Notes under the pieces: generated by a model
What the model saw: the letters and a program-made list of their open reading frames with translations, nothing else
Told to the model about the DNA's origin: nothing
Databases searched by the model: none
Made by a program: the position numbers and the translations under genes
Assembly (NCBI GenBank): GCA_963728665.1
Contig: CAVSLG010000006.1
Coordinates: forward strand, 36,072 to 100,071
DNA length: 64,000 bases
Reading direction: 5' to 3'
From: an uncultured Actinomycetes bacterium
GTDB taxonomy: Bacteria > Actinomycetota > UBA4738 > HRBIN12
Shown here: positions 1 to 8,699 of the stretch, piece after piece
How positions within the stretch are numbered: the first letter of the stretch is position 1
Layout: every line of letters starts with the position of its first letter

Positions 1-701
1 GCGAACGCGACGCCCACGAACAGGGTCAGGAGCACCGCCCGCGCGACCGCGTGCCGGGCGACGAACCCGAGTCCGTCGCGCACCGATCGCGCCAACGACA
101 CGACCTCGGCGCCGTCGCCGTCGGGCGGCAGCGACGGCATCCGGGCGAGCGCGAGCGCCGAGAGCAGGAACGTCGCGGCGTCGATCGCGAGCGCCCACCG
201 CACGCCGACCCCCGCGACCAACAGGCCCCCGAGCAACCCACCGAACGCGACCTGCAGGTTCATCGCCGTGCCGAGCCACGCGTTGGCACCCACGAGCTCC
301 TCACGTCGAACGAGGGCCGGCACGGCGCTGCTCGCCGCGGGCGCGAGGAACCGTGCGAGCACACTGGCGACGGCGACGAGGGCCAGCAACGCGGCGTAGT
401 CGGGCAGCAGTGCCGCGGTCGCCAGGTAGATCGCGCCCTGGCCGAGTTCGCAGGCGATCATCATCCGGCGCCGATCGACGCGGTCGGCGATCGATCCAGC
501 GAGCGGCCCCAGCAGGCTCGGCAGCGCCGCAGCGAGCAGCAGCCCGGCGACCGCCGTGCCGCTTCCCTCGGTGGCTTCCACGTGGAGCACGAGCGCGATC
601 AGCGCGATGCCGTCGCCGACATAGGAGATCGCGCGCGAGGTCCAGAGCCACCGGAAGCCGGCGTGGCTCCTCAGCAGGCTCGTGCGTCGGTCGGCGCTCA
701 C
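1..701 (-). CDS. MFS transporter, N-terminal part (gene continues past the window start)
   Basis: Own minus-strand translation from GTG at 699-701 gives VSADRRTSLLRSHAGFRWLWTSRAISYVGDGIALIALVLHV...IADRVDRRRMMIACELGQGAIYL..., with successive hydrophobic helices and a DRxxRR loop typical of MFS. GTGA overlap with the upstream ArsR stop. Absent from the ORF track because it runs off the edge. Confidence 0.75.
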   Translation of the reverse strand, partial: MSADRRTSLLRSHAGFRWLWTSRAISYVGDGIALIALVLHVEATEGSGTAVAGLLLAAALPSLLGPLAGSIADRVDRRRMMIACELGQGAIYLATAALLPDYAALLALVAVASVLARFLAPAASSAVPALVRREELVGANAWLGTAMNLQVAFGGLLGGLLVAGVGVRWALAIDAATFLLSALALARMPSLPPDGDGAEVVSLARSVRDGLGFVARHAVARAVLLTLFVGVAF

Positions 702-1246
702 GCCGCGCCCGTGCCTTCAGGCAGTCGCAGGAGCTGCGTCGCCACGAGGTGCGACCTCGCGGAAGGGTCGTCCGAACGGTGGAGGGCGGCCAGCCGTTCG
801 CCGGCCTCGATCATGATGCGCTCGGCCTCGGCGGCATCGTCGGGGCGGAACCGCCAGACCTGCAGCGAGAACCCGGCCACACCTCCGGGGTCGGTGGCCG
901 CGAGCTCGACGAAGCGTGTGAGCTCTTGCAGGTAGGCGCGATCGGTCGCCCATCGGACCGCCGGCTCCACGTCGTCGTCGAGCCGCACGACCTGGGGCGC
1001 CGAATACAACACCTCGCGTCCGCCGTTCACGATGCGCTCCCCCGATCGCGACACGATGCCCGCCGCCTCCAGCACGCTGAGGTGGAAACGGGCCGACCCC
1101 GGCAGCACGCCGAGCTCGCGGGCGAGCGCCGACGCCGACATCGGCTCGGAGCGCAGCAGGCGGAGGATGCGCAACCTCAGAGGATGTGCGAGGGCACGAT
1201 GACCGGCCAGGCCGGGAGCGTGGGTCTCGATGCGGGTCGGGCTCAC
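698..1246 (-). CDS. ArsR-family winged-HTH transcriptional regulator
   Basis: 182-aa ORF. HPLRLRILRLLRSEPMSASALARELGVLPGSARFHLSVLEAAGIV is an ArsR/SmtB-type HTH. Translationally coupled to the downstream MFS gene. Confidence 0.8.
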   Translation of the reverse strand: MSPTRIETHAPGLAGHRALAHPLRLRILRLLRSEPMSASALARELGVLPGSARFHLSVLEAAGIVSRSGERIVNGGREVLYSAPQVVRLDDDVEPAVRWATDRAYLQELTRFVELAATDPGGVAGFSLQVWRFRPDDAAEAERIMIEAGERLAALHRSDDPSARSHLVATQLLRLPEGTGAA

Positions 1247-1253
1247 ACGGCAA

Positions 1254-1275
1254 CCCTACAACACTCGTTGCAGGG
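1254..1275. promoter_or_regulatory. Imperfect inverted repeat CCCTACAAC-ACTC-GTTGCAGGG just upstream of the ArsR start (candidate operator)
   Basis: Read directly. The 9-4-9 repeat has one mismatch and lies 8 bp from the GTG start at 1246. Confidence 0.35.
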
Positions 1276-1346
1276 CTGCTCGACCGGCGATCCAATGAGC
1301 GTCACCACCGATGTCGAGGTCAGGACGGCGTCGGTGCGACCGGCGC

Positions 1347-1706
1347 TCAGCCGCCGTAGCAGAGCTGCGTGACGCGGTCTTCGATCGACAGCACGGTGTC
1401 GCCCACGTCGCCAGAGCCGGTGTCGCAACCCTTGCCTCCGGTCTGGCCGACGACCACGTCGAGCCCGACACCGCCCAGCACGCGGTCGTCGTCGTCGCCG
1501 CCGCGGATCACGTCGTCACCGCCCTTGCCGAGGGTGAAGTCGCCCGCCCATGCCGCAGATCACGTCGGTCCCGACGTGCCGCGGATCGTCGCGCCCTCGC
1601 TCGTGCCGGTGATCGTGCACGCGCCCTCGCCGGCGGCGGCTCCCGGCACGAGGACGATCGCGGCGATCGCGAGGGCGGCGGCGGCAGCGATCCCTGGTGC
1701 GCGCAT
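1347..1706 (-). pseudogene. Small secreted Ca-binding-repeat (RTX-like GGxGxD) protein with an interrupted reading frame
   Basis: ATG at 1706 is preceded by GGGGA. The signal-like N-terminus is MRAPGIAAAAALAIAAIVLVPGAAAG. There is an in-frame TGA at 1560-1562 after 48 codons. The expected DVICGMGG segment reads only in another frame, then DFTLGKGGDDVIRGGDDDDRVLGG resumes in the original frame. This fits a -1 indel followed by a +1 indel about 27 nt apart. Confidence 0.45.
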
Positions 1707-1778
1707 GGCGATCCCCTGTCGGAAGCGGGTATCGCTCCACGCTAGGACCGCCGGGAGTCCCGCGCAAACCGGCCCGAG

Positions 1779-2276
1779 TCAGCCGTACCAGCCGCGGTCG
1801 CTCGGGGCGTAGTCCATCACGAACTGGGAATCGCGGCGGGACCCGTCGGGTGGCTTCGTGCGGACCTTCCAGCGGATCGACTTCGTGGGGGAGACGACGC
1901 GAGCCGGTATGCGGCACACGAAGCGGGTTCCGTGGGCGGTGGCTCGGGCCTGAACCCCGTCGCGGCGATGTCCCTTGGCCCAGACGAAGCAGGAGTCGCC
2001 GAACGTGCTGACGATGTGGTCCACGACCGGGCCCCCGCGGGCATCGAGTCGGATCCACAGCGGCCACCCGCCGTTGCTCTCGTAGAACCGCACCACGATC
2101 GAGAGCACCCGACGGCCGTCACGCTCGGCCAACTTGCGGGTCGTCGACCGGATGTCGGGATCGATGTGCCCGTTCGGCGGGATGTCGTCCGAGTCGAACC
2201 CGGTGTCGCGGTCGATCACCGCGGCGCCGGCAGGCATCACACCCATGAGCACACACAGAACGAGGGTTGCGGGCAT
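1779..2276 (-). CDS. Secreted hypothetical protein
   Basis: Internal Met of the 240-aa ORF at 2276 gives the signal-like MPATLVLCVLMGVMPAGAAVIDRD. The upstream part of the ORF is Arg/Ser-rich junk. No family recognised. Confidence 0.5.
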   Translation of the reverse strand: MPATLVLCVLMGVMPAGAAVIDRDTGFDSDDIPPNGHIDPDIRSTTRKLAERDGRRVLSIVVRFYESNGGWPLWIRLDARGGPVVDHIVSTFGDSCFVWAKGHRRDGVQARATAHGTRFVCRIPARVVSPTKSIRWKVRTKPPDGSRRDSQFVMDYAPSDRGWYG

Positions 2277-2338
2277 GAGCCGGAGCGACGATCTGCGCAC
2301 GAGGGATGACCTCCGCTCGAGCGGGCACAGACCACGGT

Positions 2339-2357
2339 ACTCCTCGAGCCGAGGAGT
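2339..2357 (-). terminator. Hairpin ACTCCTCG-AGC-CGAGGAGT downstream of the STAND gene stop
   Basis: Perfect 8-bp stem with a 3-nt loop, about 60 nt after the stop at 2416. No U-tract, which is common in high-GC actinobacteria. Confidence 0.3.
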
Positions 2358-2415
2358 CGCCAGACATGGTGCGCGCCCGGACGGTGAGCCAGGACGAAGC
2401 AACTCGACCGTGCCG

Positions 2416-5400
2416 CTAGGCACCGCAGGCGAGCGGGTCCTGGCCCTCGCCGAGGAACGCGCCGAGCGACTCGATGCCGAGGGTACCCGCCGCCCGCTCA
2501 CACGCGCGATGGAGGTTCAGCACGTCCCAGATACGCACGGTGCCGTCCTCCGAGCTGGTCGCGAATCGACCGTCGGTGAGCGCCACCGCCTGCCATGCCG
2601 CCAGCTCGTGGCCCCGGAGCTCCTCGCCGATCGGCACTCCGTCGTCGACGTCCCAGAGGCGCACCGCGCCCGTGCGGCTCGTGGTCACGATCGTCGCATC
2701 GTCGTCGAGGTAGGCGACGCCGAGCGCCCCGCCGGGCTGCGGTGTGAGCACGGCACCGACCTGCGATCGAGACTCCACGTCCCAGAAAGTGACAGCCTCG
2801 TCGGCAAGGGCCGCGGCGAGCGTCGACCCGTCGGGGGACCACGCGATCCCCCAGATCGCGTTGTCATCGACCGCGAGTGGTGGTCCCAGCCGTTCCTGCG
2901 AGTCGAGGTCCCAGAACGTGACCTGACCGCTGAGATCCCCGACGGCCAAGGTGCCGTCGGGGGCCAGCCCCATCGACGTGACGCCGCCGGTGTGCGGACC
3001 GAGTTCGCCTTCGAGGGCGCCGTCCGACCAGATGCGCACGATCCCGTCGTCGCCGCCGCTGAGCAACCGATCGTCCGCCCACCGCACCGTTCGGATCGGC
3101 GAGACGGACGCGGGCGGCGACGGCAGCAACTGCCCGGTGTGAGCGTCGATCACGAAGACGGAGCCGTCCTCGCCGCCGGAGGCGACACGCGAGCCGTCGT
3201 CGGAGAACGAGAGTCCAGTCACGGCACCGTCGTGCAGGCCGTCGAACCCCTGCACCTCGTCGCCGTCCGACGTGTCGTAGATCAGCACCGAGCCGTCGCC
3301 GTCGCCCACCGCCAACCGGCTCCCGTCGGGGCTCGCGGCGAGGCCGAACGCGCCGTCGTCCTGGTCGCCGAGCACGATCGCGGTCGGCTCAGCCGCTTCG
3401 GACCACAGCTGCAGCCGCTGATCGAACGCGAGCGTCGCGAGGGTGCCGCTGCCCCAGGCGGCGTCGACGATCTGTGCCGATCCGGGAGCCGACGCGGTCG
3501 GCGGAGAGGACCCGTCGATCGGCGCCACGAGCAGGCGTCCCTGCTCGTCGCCGGCCACGACGTCGTCGCCGAGGAAGAGCACCGCACGCGCGTCGAACGC
3601 GGACCTCGCGAACGGCTCGCCGATGGGTTCCAGCGACGCGGCGTCCCACACGCGCACCCGGCCGTCGCTGCTCGCCGTGGCGACGCGATCGCCGGCCTCA
3701 TCGAACTCGATCTCCCAGACGTCGCTGCCGTGGGCCTGACGCGTCGGGACCACGACCGACCCATCGGCGACGTCGATCCCGGTGACCTCTCCCAGGCCGT
3801 TGCCGATCATCAGCAGCTCGCCGTCGGGGCTGAACGAGGCCGTGATCGTGTCGAACGACAGGGTGGTCAGGACGGCGTCGCCCGGCTCGGCAGCCGCCAG
3901 GTCCCATAGGTGGACGTCGCCGTCCTCCGAGACCGAGGCGGCCGTCCGCCCGTCGGGCGAGACCGTGACGCTCCACACGATCTCCGACGTCGTCCCGAGC
4001 TCCTCGGGCGCCGGGTTGGCCGGGTCCTGCAGGTCCCAGCGCACCACGGAGCCGTCGTCGCTCGCGGAGATCAACCACCGGCCGTCGGGCGTGAAGTCCA
4101 TCTCCTCGATCGCCTCGGTGTGGCCGGCGACGTCTCGCGCGAGCGCAGTGCCGTCGGTGCTCCACGTCGAGATCGATCCATCGCGGTTGCCCGTCGCGAC
4201 CATGGACCCGTCGGGGGTCACGGCGACGGTCGTGGCATCGCCCACCGCGATCGGCGGCCCGGAACGGGCGAACCTTCCGGCGAGCGCCTCACTCGCGTCG
4301 ACCAGGGCCGCGCGGGCGTCGATCGGGTTGGACTCGGTGCGGGCCATCGACTCGGCGGCGATCGCGATCGCGGTCCGCGGATCCGAGTCGGCGAGGGCCT
4401 GCGCCTGGGTGGCGAGCGATTCCGCGTAGCGGCGACGCGACTGGCCGAGCGCGGCGAACGCGATCAGCGACGCGACGATCGCGGCGACGGTGAGCACCCC
4501 CAGCGCCGAGACCGCCACCCGACGAAGCCGCCGGGAACGGCTGGCGGCCTCCTCGACGCGCGCCCGCTCATGCTCGTCGGCTTCCACGCTCGCAGCGAGG
4601 AAGGTCTGCTCGTCGGGACCGATCGCGTCGCCGTGCTCGGACGCCCACTCCCGGGCAGCGTGCAGCGGCGTGCCCCGGTACAGGAGGTCGGGGTCGCGAT
4701 CCTCGGCGATCCACTCGGCGGCGGCGTGGGCGACGCGCTGACGGGTGCGCAGGTCGTCACGCGCCTCGTCGATCCAGCGACGCAGCCGCGGCCAGCTGTG
4801 CAAGAGCGCCTCGTGCGCGATCTCGACCGATTCGCGATCGACCGTGAGCAGCCGAGCGTCGACCATCTCGGCGGCCACCTCGCGGGTGATCTCCGGGTCG
4901 CGATCGCGGCCGAGCTCCTTCGCGGCGATCCGGCGTCTGGTGTCCGAGGTGCCCTCGCCGGGAGCGACAAGCCGCAGCATCAGCCGGCGGCACGCCTCCC
5001 GCTGCGGCTCGTCCATCAAGGTCTCGTAGAGGGTGTCGGCGGTCTTCGAGATCGACCCGGCCACGCCTCCCGCGTCGCGGTAGCCGTGCACGGTGAGCGT
5101 CTGGCTCTCGCGTCGCCGCCACGTCTCCGCCATCGCGTGCGAGACCAGCGGCAGCGCCGCGGCGTCGGGACCGGCGTCCGCCAGCACGGTGTCGACCAAC
5201 CCGTCCTCGAGCCGAAGGCCGGCCGAGGCGGCAGGCTCCTCGATCACCTTGCGGAGATCGCCGCGACTCATCGGTCCGACCAGGGCCTGGTTCGAGGTGG
5301 CGCGTCGAACGAGCCACGGGAACGTGGCGCACACGCCGTAGAAATCCGCCCGCATCGCCATCACGAGCCGCACCCGGCTGGCGGGGGGATCGACGAGGGC

Positions 5401-6477
5401 GGCGAGCGTCTGCACGAACGCCTCCTGGTCGCGCCAGGAGTTCAACGTGAAGAGCTCCTCGAACTGGTCGATCACGACCAGCAGCCCGCCGGTCGCGTCG
5501 CAGATCGCGTCGGCGACCGCGCGGATCTCGGTGGCCGAGGTGCCCGCCACCCCGCGGCCCGGGCCATCGCGATCATCGCGCTCGGCTCGTTGCAGCTGGT
5601 ATGAGAGCTCCTTGGCCGGGTCCGCGCTCGGGGAGAAGAGCGCGACGCCCCAGCGCTCGCTGCCCGCGATCGCCCCCCTTCCGACCGCCGGGATCAGGCC
5701 GGCCCGCACGGCAGAGGACTTGCCGCTGCCCGACGGCCCGATCACGAACAGCACGCGGTCGCGCTCGATCCTGTCGACCAGCTCGGTGACCAGCTCGTCG
5801 CGGCCGAAGAACCGATCGGCGTCGTCGGGCTGGAACGCGGCCAGGCCCCGGTACGGGCAGACGGCGAACGCGGCCGCCGACCGACCGACGCCGCGCCCGA
5901 TCGCCTGCTGGAACGCGTCGTCGTCGGCCGGATCCCAGCCTTCCCGCGTCAGCAGCGTGAGATGCACCGGCTCCTCGATGCCCTTGAGTCGGGCGGTGCC
6001 ACGGTCGATCTGCGCGATGCCCTCGACCCGGCGCGCGAGATGCACGACGCTCTGGCTCGCGAGGATCTCGCCGGGCCCTGCGATCGAGCAGAGCCGGGCC
6101 GCGAGGTTCAGCGCCCCACCCCGGAACCCGTCCTCGACCTCGACCGCCTCGCCGGCGTCGAGCCCGATGCCCACCGGCAGCGCCAGGTCGGGATCGTCGA
6201 TGGATGCCTGCACGAAGGCTGCCTGCAGGTCGGCAGCGGCGCGTATCGCCTGGCGGGACGACGTGAAGACGGCCATGACCTCGTCGCCGCGGAACTCGAG
6301 CCCCGTGCCGCCGCCCGGCTCGAGCACGGTCCGGGCGATCGAGGCGAACCGCATCGCGAGCGTCGCGGCGGCCTCGTCGCCGCGCTGCTGCGTGAAGGTC
6401 GTGTACCCACGGACGTCGGCGATCAGGAAGATGCGGAGCGCCGTTGCACCGATGCCGGGAGCGGAGGAAGACGTCAG
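2416..6477 (-). CDS. Class III adenylate/guanylate cyclase domain - nSTAND-type P-loop NTPase - predicted TM helix - WD40 repeat protein
   Basis: The ORF track gives 1312 aa from ATG 6354. Cyclase motifs: FRGDEVMAVF, GIGLDAGEA, GGALNLAARL. NTPase motifs: CPYRGLAAFQPDDADRFFGRD, Walker A GPSGSGKSS (5719-5742) and LLVVIDQFEELF. Hydrophobic helix VAVSALGVLTVAAIVASLIAFAAL (about 4447-4518). More than 10 WD40-like units follow (SxDGxVRxWD). In-frame upstream sequence LRIFLIADVRGYTTF extends the gene to a probable CTG start at 6477. Confidence 0.9.
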   Translation of the reverse strand: MTSSSAPGIGATALRIFLIADVRGYTTFTQQRGDEAAATLAMRFASIARTVLEPGGGTGLEFRGDEVMAVFTSSRQAIRAAADLQAAFVQASIDDPDLALPVGIGLDAGEAVEVEDGFRGGALNLAARLCSIAGPGEILASQSVVHLARRVEGIAQIDRGTARLKGIEEPVHLTLLTREGWDPADDDAFQQAIGRGVGRSAAAFAVCPYRGLAAFQPDDADRFFGRDELVTELVDRIERDRVLFVIGPSGSGKSSAVRAGLIPAVGRGAIAGSERWGVALFSPSADPAKELSYQLQRAERDDRDGPGRGVAGTSATEIRAVADAICDATGGLLVVIDQFEELFTLNSWRDQEAFVQTLAALVDPPASRVRLVMAMRADFYGVCATFPWLVRRATSNQALVGPMSRGDLRKVIEEPAASAGLRLEDGLVDTVLADAGPDAAALPLVSHAMAETWRRRESQTLTVHGYRDAGGVAGSISKTADTLYETLMDEPQREACRRLMLRLVAPGEGTSDTRRRIAAKELGRDRDPEITREVAAEMVDARLLTVDRESVEIAHEALLHSWPRLRRWIDEARDDLRTRQRVAHAAAEWIAEDRDPDLLYRGTPLHAAREWASEHGDAIGPDEQTFLAASVEADEHERARVEEAASRSRRLRRVAVSALGVLTVAAIVASLIAFAALGQSRRRYAESLATQAQALADSDPRTAIAIAAESMARTESNPIDARAALVDASEALAGRFARSGPPIAVGDATTVAVTPDGSMVATGNRDGSISTWSTDGTALARDVAGHTEAIEEMDFTPDGRWLISASDDGSVVRWDLQDPANPAPEELGTTSEIVWSVTVSPDGRTAASVSEDGDVHLWDLAAAEPGDAVLTTLSFDTITASFSPDGELLMIGNGLGEVTGIDVADGSVVVPTRQAHGSDVWEIEFDEAGDRVATASSDGRVRVWDAASLEPIGEPFARSAFDARAVLFLGDDVVAGDEQGRLLVAPIDGSSPPTASAPGSAQIVDAAWGSGTLATLAFDQRLQLWSEAAEPTAIVLGDQDDGAFGLAASPDGSRLAVGDGDGSVLIYDTSDGDEVQGFDGLHDGAVTGLSFSDDGSRVASGGEDGSVFVIDAHTGQLLPSPPASVSPIRTVRWADDRLLSGGDDGIVRIWSDGALEGELGPHTGGVTSMGLAPDGTLAVGDLSGQVTFWDLDSQERLGPPLAVDDNAIWGIAWSPDGSTLAAALADEAVTFWDVESRSQVGAVLTPQPGGALGVAYLDDDATIVTTSRTGAVRLWDVDDGVPIGEELRGHELAAWQAVALTDGRFATSSEDGTVRIWDVLNLHRACERAAGTLGIESLGAFLGEGQDPLACGA

Positions 6478-6493
6478 CCGGTGCTCCCCTCGC

Positions 6494-6997
6494 TCAGGAG
6501 AGGAGATCCGACACGTCGTAGCAGTCGACGATCTCGGAGTCGATCACCGCGTGGTCGCGGTCGCCCGCCGTCACGCAGAGCGTGGTCGAATCGCCCCGGT
6601 TCGCGGTCGACACGGCCGACTCCGTCTCGTAGCTCGGCACCTCGTCGGTGGGCACCCACTCCCCCTGGTCCACGCCGCGGTCCTCGGCGTCGCTCGAGAC
6701 CTGATCGGCCGAGTAGATGTCCCAGTAGATGTGGATGTGATTCTTCGACACGTCGGGCACGAAGTTCGCTTCCCACGTGACGAGGATCTCGTCGCCTGAC
6801 TTCTCCGCCCCGGTGACGCGGATCGCGCAGCCGTCGATCGGGCAGGCGTTGGAGACCGGCGCGTCGTCGGACGGAGCCTCGCTCGGCTCGTTGCCGCCCG
6901 ACGCTGGCTCGGACGGCTCGTCCTCGCCGCAGGCGGCCAGTGCGAGGCTCATCACCGAGCCCACCACGACGATCCATCTCGTGAAGCTGCTCCGCAC
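6494..6997 (-). CDS. Lipoprotein, Cys-rich, unknown function
   Basis: MRSSFTRWIVVVGSVMSLALAAC GEDE contains a signal peptide and lipobox (LAAC). The linker is acidic and Pro/Ser-rich. Four further Cys residues. The stop lies 17 nt before the proposed start of the STAND gene. Confidence 0.7.
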   Translation of the reverse strand: MRSSFTRWIVVVGSVMSLALAACGEDEPSEPASGGNEPSEAPSDDAPVSNACPIDGCAIRVTGAEKSGDEILVTWEANFVPDVSKNHIHIYWDIYSADQVSSDAEDRGVDQGEWVPTDEVPSYETESAVSTANRGDSTTLCVTAGDRDHAVIDSEIVDCYDVSDLLS

Positions 6998-7079
6998 GCG
7001 AGTCCCCCTCGCTCGATCGTCGGACTACCGAGGGTAGACCCGCCTCGAGGGATGACGCAACCCAGCCTCGGCCGGCCAC

Positions 7080-8699
7080 CTACTCGATGTAGCCGAGGCC
7101 CCGCAGGTGCTCTTCCATCTCGTCGGCCTCGGTCTCGTTGACCGCGCTCTCGCCGCCCATGCCGGGGATCGTCATACCGGGGATCGCCGGGCCGGCGGCC
7201 GTGGAGCCCTCGTCACCGGCTGCCACCTCGCGCTCGGTCAGCTCGGCCGCACCCACGATCTCGTGCAGCACCTTCCCCGTGGGCTTCACTGCCGTGGGCG
7301 CATCCAGAGCCGCCACCAGCGTCGGGGCCATGTCGATCAGCGATGGCGTGCGCTCGAACGGCTTCACGTTCGGGCCGACCGCCACGATCACGCCTTCCAT
7401 GCGGTGGTCGCCGCTCACCCAGTCGGCGTCCTCGAGCGCGCTCTTCGCGTGCGTGAGCGAGTAGCCCTCGTTCGGCACCATCATGATGTCGGGCGCGGTG
7501 TCGGCGAACTTGCCGCTCGGGAAGACGTCCTCACGCTTCGCGATCGACTTCACTGGGGTCTTGCCCGTCATCGGGTCGACGTACGACCCGAGCCGATCCA
7601 TCAGCTCGTCGCGCACCTTGTCGTAGTCGCTCGGGTCGACGATGCCGTCGATGTCGCGTCCGGCAAGGTTGATCGAGACCCCCTCGCCGGTCGAGCGGAT
7701 CGTCGTGTACGCCTTCGTCTTCGCCCAGTTCACCGACTGTGGCAGGGCGACCTTCCCGTGCAGGCCCAGCGTGTCGTAGACCTTGCGCGCGACCTTGCGC
7801 ACGGGCCCCCACTGCATCGGGCCGAACACCGCATTACTCGCGGAAAAGTCCAGGTAGCCGAACTCGTGCAGCATGCGGTCCATGTTCACCGCGCGCGTGC
7901 ACGACTGGAAGCCGTGGTCGCTGATGAACAGGATGATGTCGTCCTCGCGCGCCCGGCTCACGAACGAGCCGATCGCGTCGTCGGTCTGGCGGAAGATGTC
8001 GGCCACCTTCTTGCCGATGCGCGTGTCCTTGTTCGCCGCGTAGTCGGGGTGGTCGGGCGCCACGTAGTTGCTGAGGCAGTGCTGCGTGCGGTCGATCGAG
8101 ACCCAGACGCTCGCCATCAGGTCCCAGTCGGTGTTGTCCATCAGCCACTCCGACGCCTTGATGCGCTTGCCCGTGACCTCGAACGCCTCGTCGAGGTAGG
8201 CGTCGGGCTTGTTGTGGTACGTCGTCCAGCTCATGCCGTTGATGGGCCACTCGAGCCCGGCCTTCTGCAACTGGTCGGGAAGGTCCGCCGGCATCGTGAA
8301 CTGGCGGTTCTTCGGCAGCACCCCGCCCGCCGCGAGCGTGCCCTGGATCGCCGGCGGCGGGAACGTGAGCGGCACGTCGAGCAGCAGCTGCTTCTTCTTC
8401 GCGGCGGTCAGGTCGTCGAGGAACGTGCGCGCCTTGATCGACTTGTAGGTCACCGGGTACTGCTTGTGGGTCCCCGGCACCGTCTCGAGGATGTCGTACA
8501 CACCGTGGTCCACCGGGTCGACGCCGGTGAGGAAGCTCGGCCAGGCCGACCAGCTGTGCGTGGGCACCGTGGAGCGCAGCACGTCGCGCTGCCCCCGGTC
8601 GATCAGCGCCTGCAGGTTCGGCAGTGCGCCCTGCTCCAGCAGGGGGTCGAGGATGCGCCAGTCGGCGCCGTCCCACGCGATCAGGATCACTCGTGACAT
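7080..8699 (-). CDS. Alkaline-phosphatase-superfamily type I phosphodiesterase / nucleotide pyrophosphatase family protein
   Basis: 539-aa ORF. VILIAWDGADW...PNLQAL...VPTHSWSAWPSFLTGVDPVDHGV and ILFISDHGF are typical of the AP-superfamily Phosphodiest family. SD GGAG lies before the ATG. Confidence 0.85.
   Translation of the reverse strand: MSRVILIAWDGADWRILDPLLEQGALPNLQALIDRGQRDVLRSTVPTHSWSAWPSFLTGVDPVDHGVYDILETVPGTHKQYPVTYKSIKARTFLDDLTAAKKKQLLLDVPLTFPPPAIQGTLAAGGVLPKNRQFTMPADLPDQLQKAGLEWPINGMSWTTYHNKPDAYLDEAFEVTGKRIKASEWLMDNTDWDLMASVWVSIDRTQHCLSNYVAPDHPDYAANKDTRIGKKVADIFRQTDDAIGSFVSRAREDDIILFISDHGFQSCTRAVNMDRMLHEFGYLDFSASNAVFGPMQWGPVRKVARKVYDTLGLHGKVALPQSVNWAKTKAYTTIRSTGEGVSINLAGRDIDGIVDPSDYDKVRDELMDRLGSYVDPMTGKTPVKSIAKREDVFPSGKFADTAPDIMMVPNEGYSLTHAKSALEDADWVSGDHRMEGVIVAVGPNVKPFERTPSLIDMAPTLVAALDAPTAVKPTGKVLHEIVGAAELTEREVAAGDEGSTAAGPAIPGMTIPGMGGESAVNETEADEMEEHLRGLGYIE

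Noticed and set aside
1560-1562. In-frame TGA as selenocysteine or programmed read-through
   Set aside because: I saw no SECIS-like hairpin. The conserved repeat motif around it reads in a different frame, which points to indels rather than recoding.
2480-4315. Periodic repeats that could be mistaken for a tandem-repeat or CRISPR-like array
   Set aside because: They are degenerate coding repeats of about 120-130 nt (WD40 blades) within one ORF. There are no identical direct repeats with unique spacers, and no cas genes are present.
2134-5604. Long plus-strand ORFs (591 aa and 564 aa) overlapping the STAND gene
   Set aside because: They are antisense to a gene with unambiguous cyclase, P-loop and WD40 motifs. 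Their products are Arg/Gly/Pro-rich low-complexity strings with no motifs. This is the typical shadow-ORF artefact of roughly 70% GC DNA.
7107-8696. 529-aa plus-strand ORF covering the phosphodiesterase locus
   Set aside because: It is antisense to a strongly supported AP-superfamily gene. Its composition is Arg/His/Val-rich junk.
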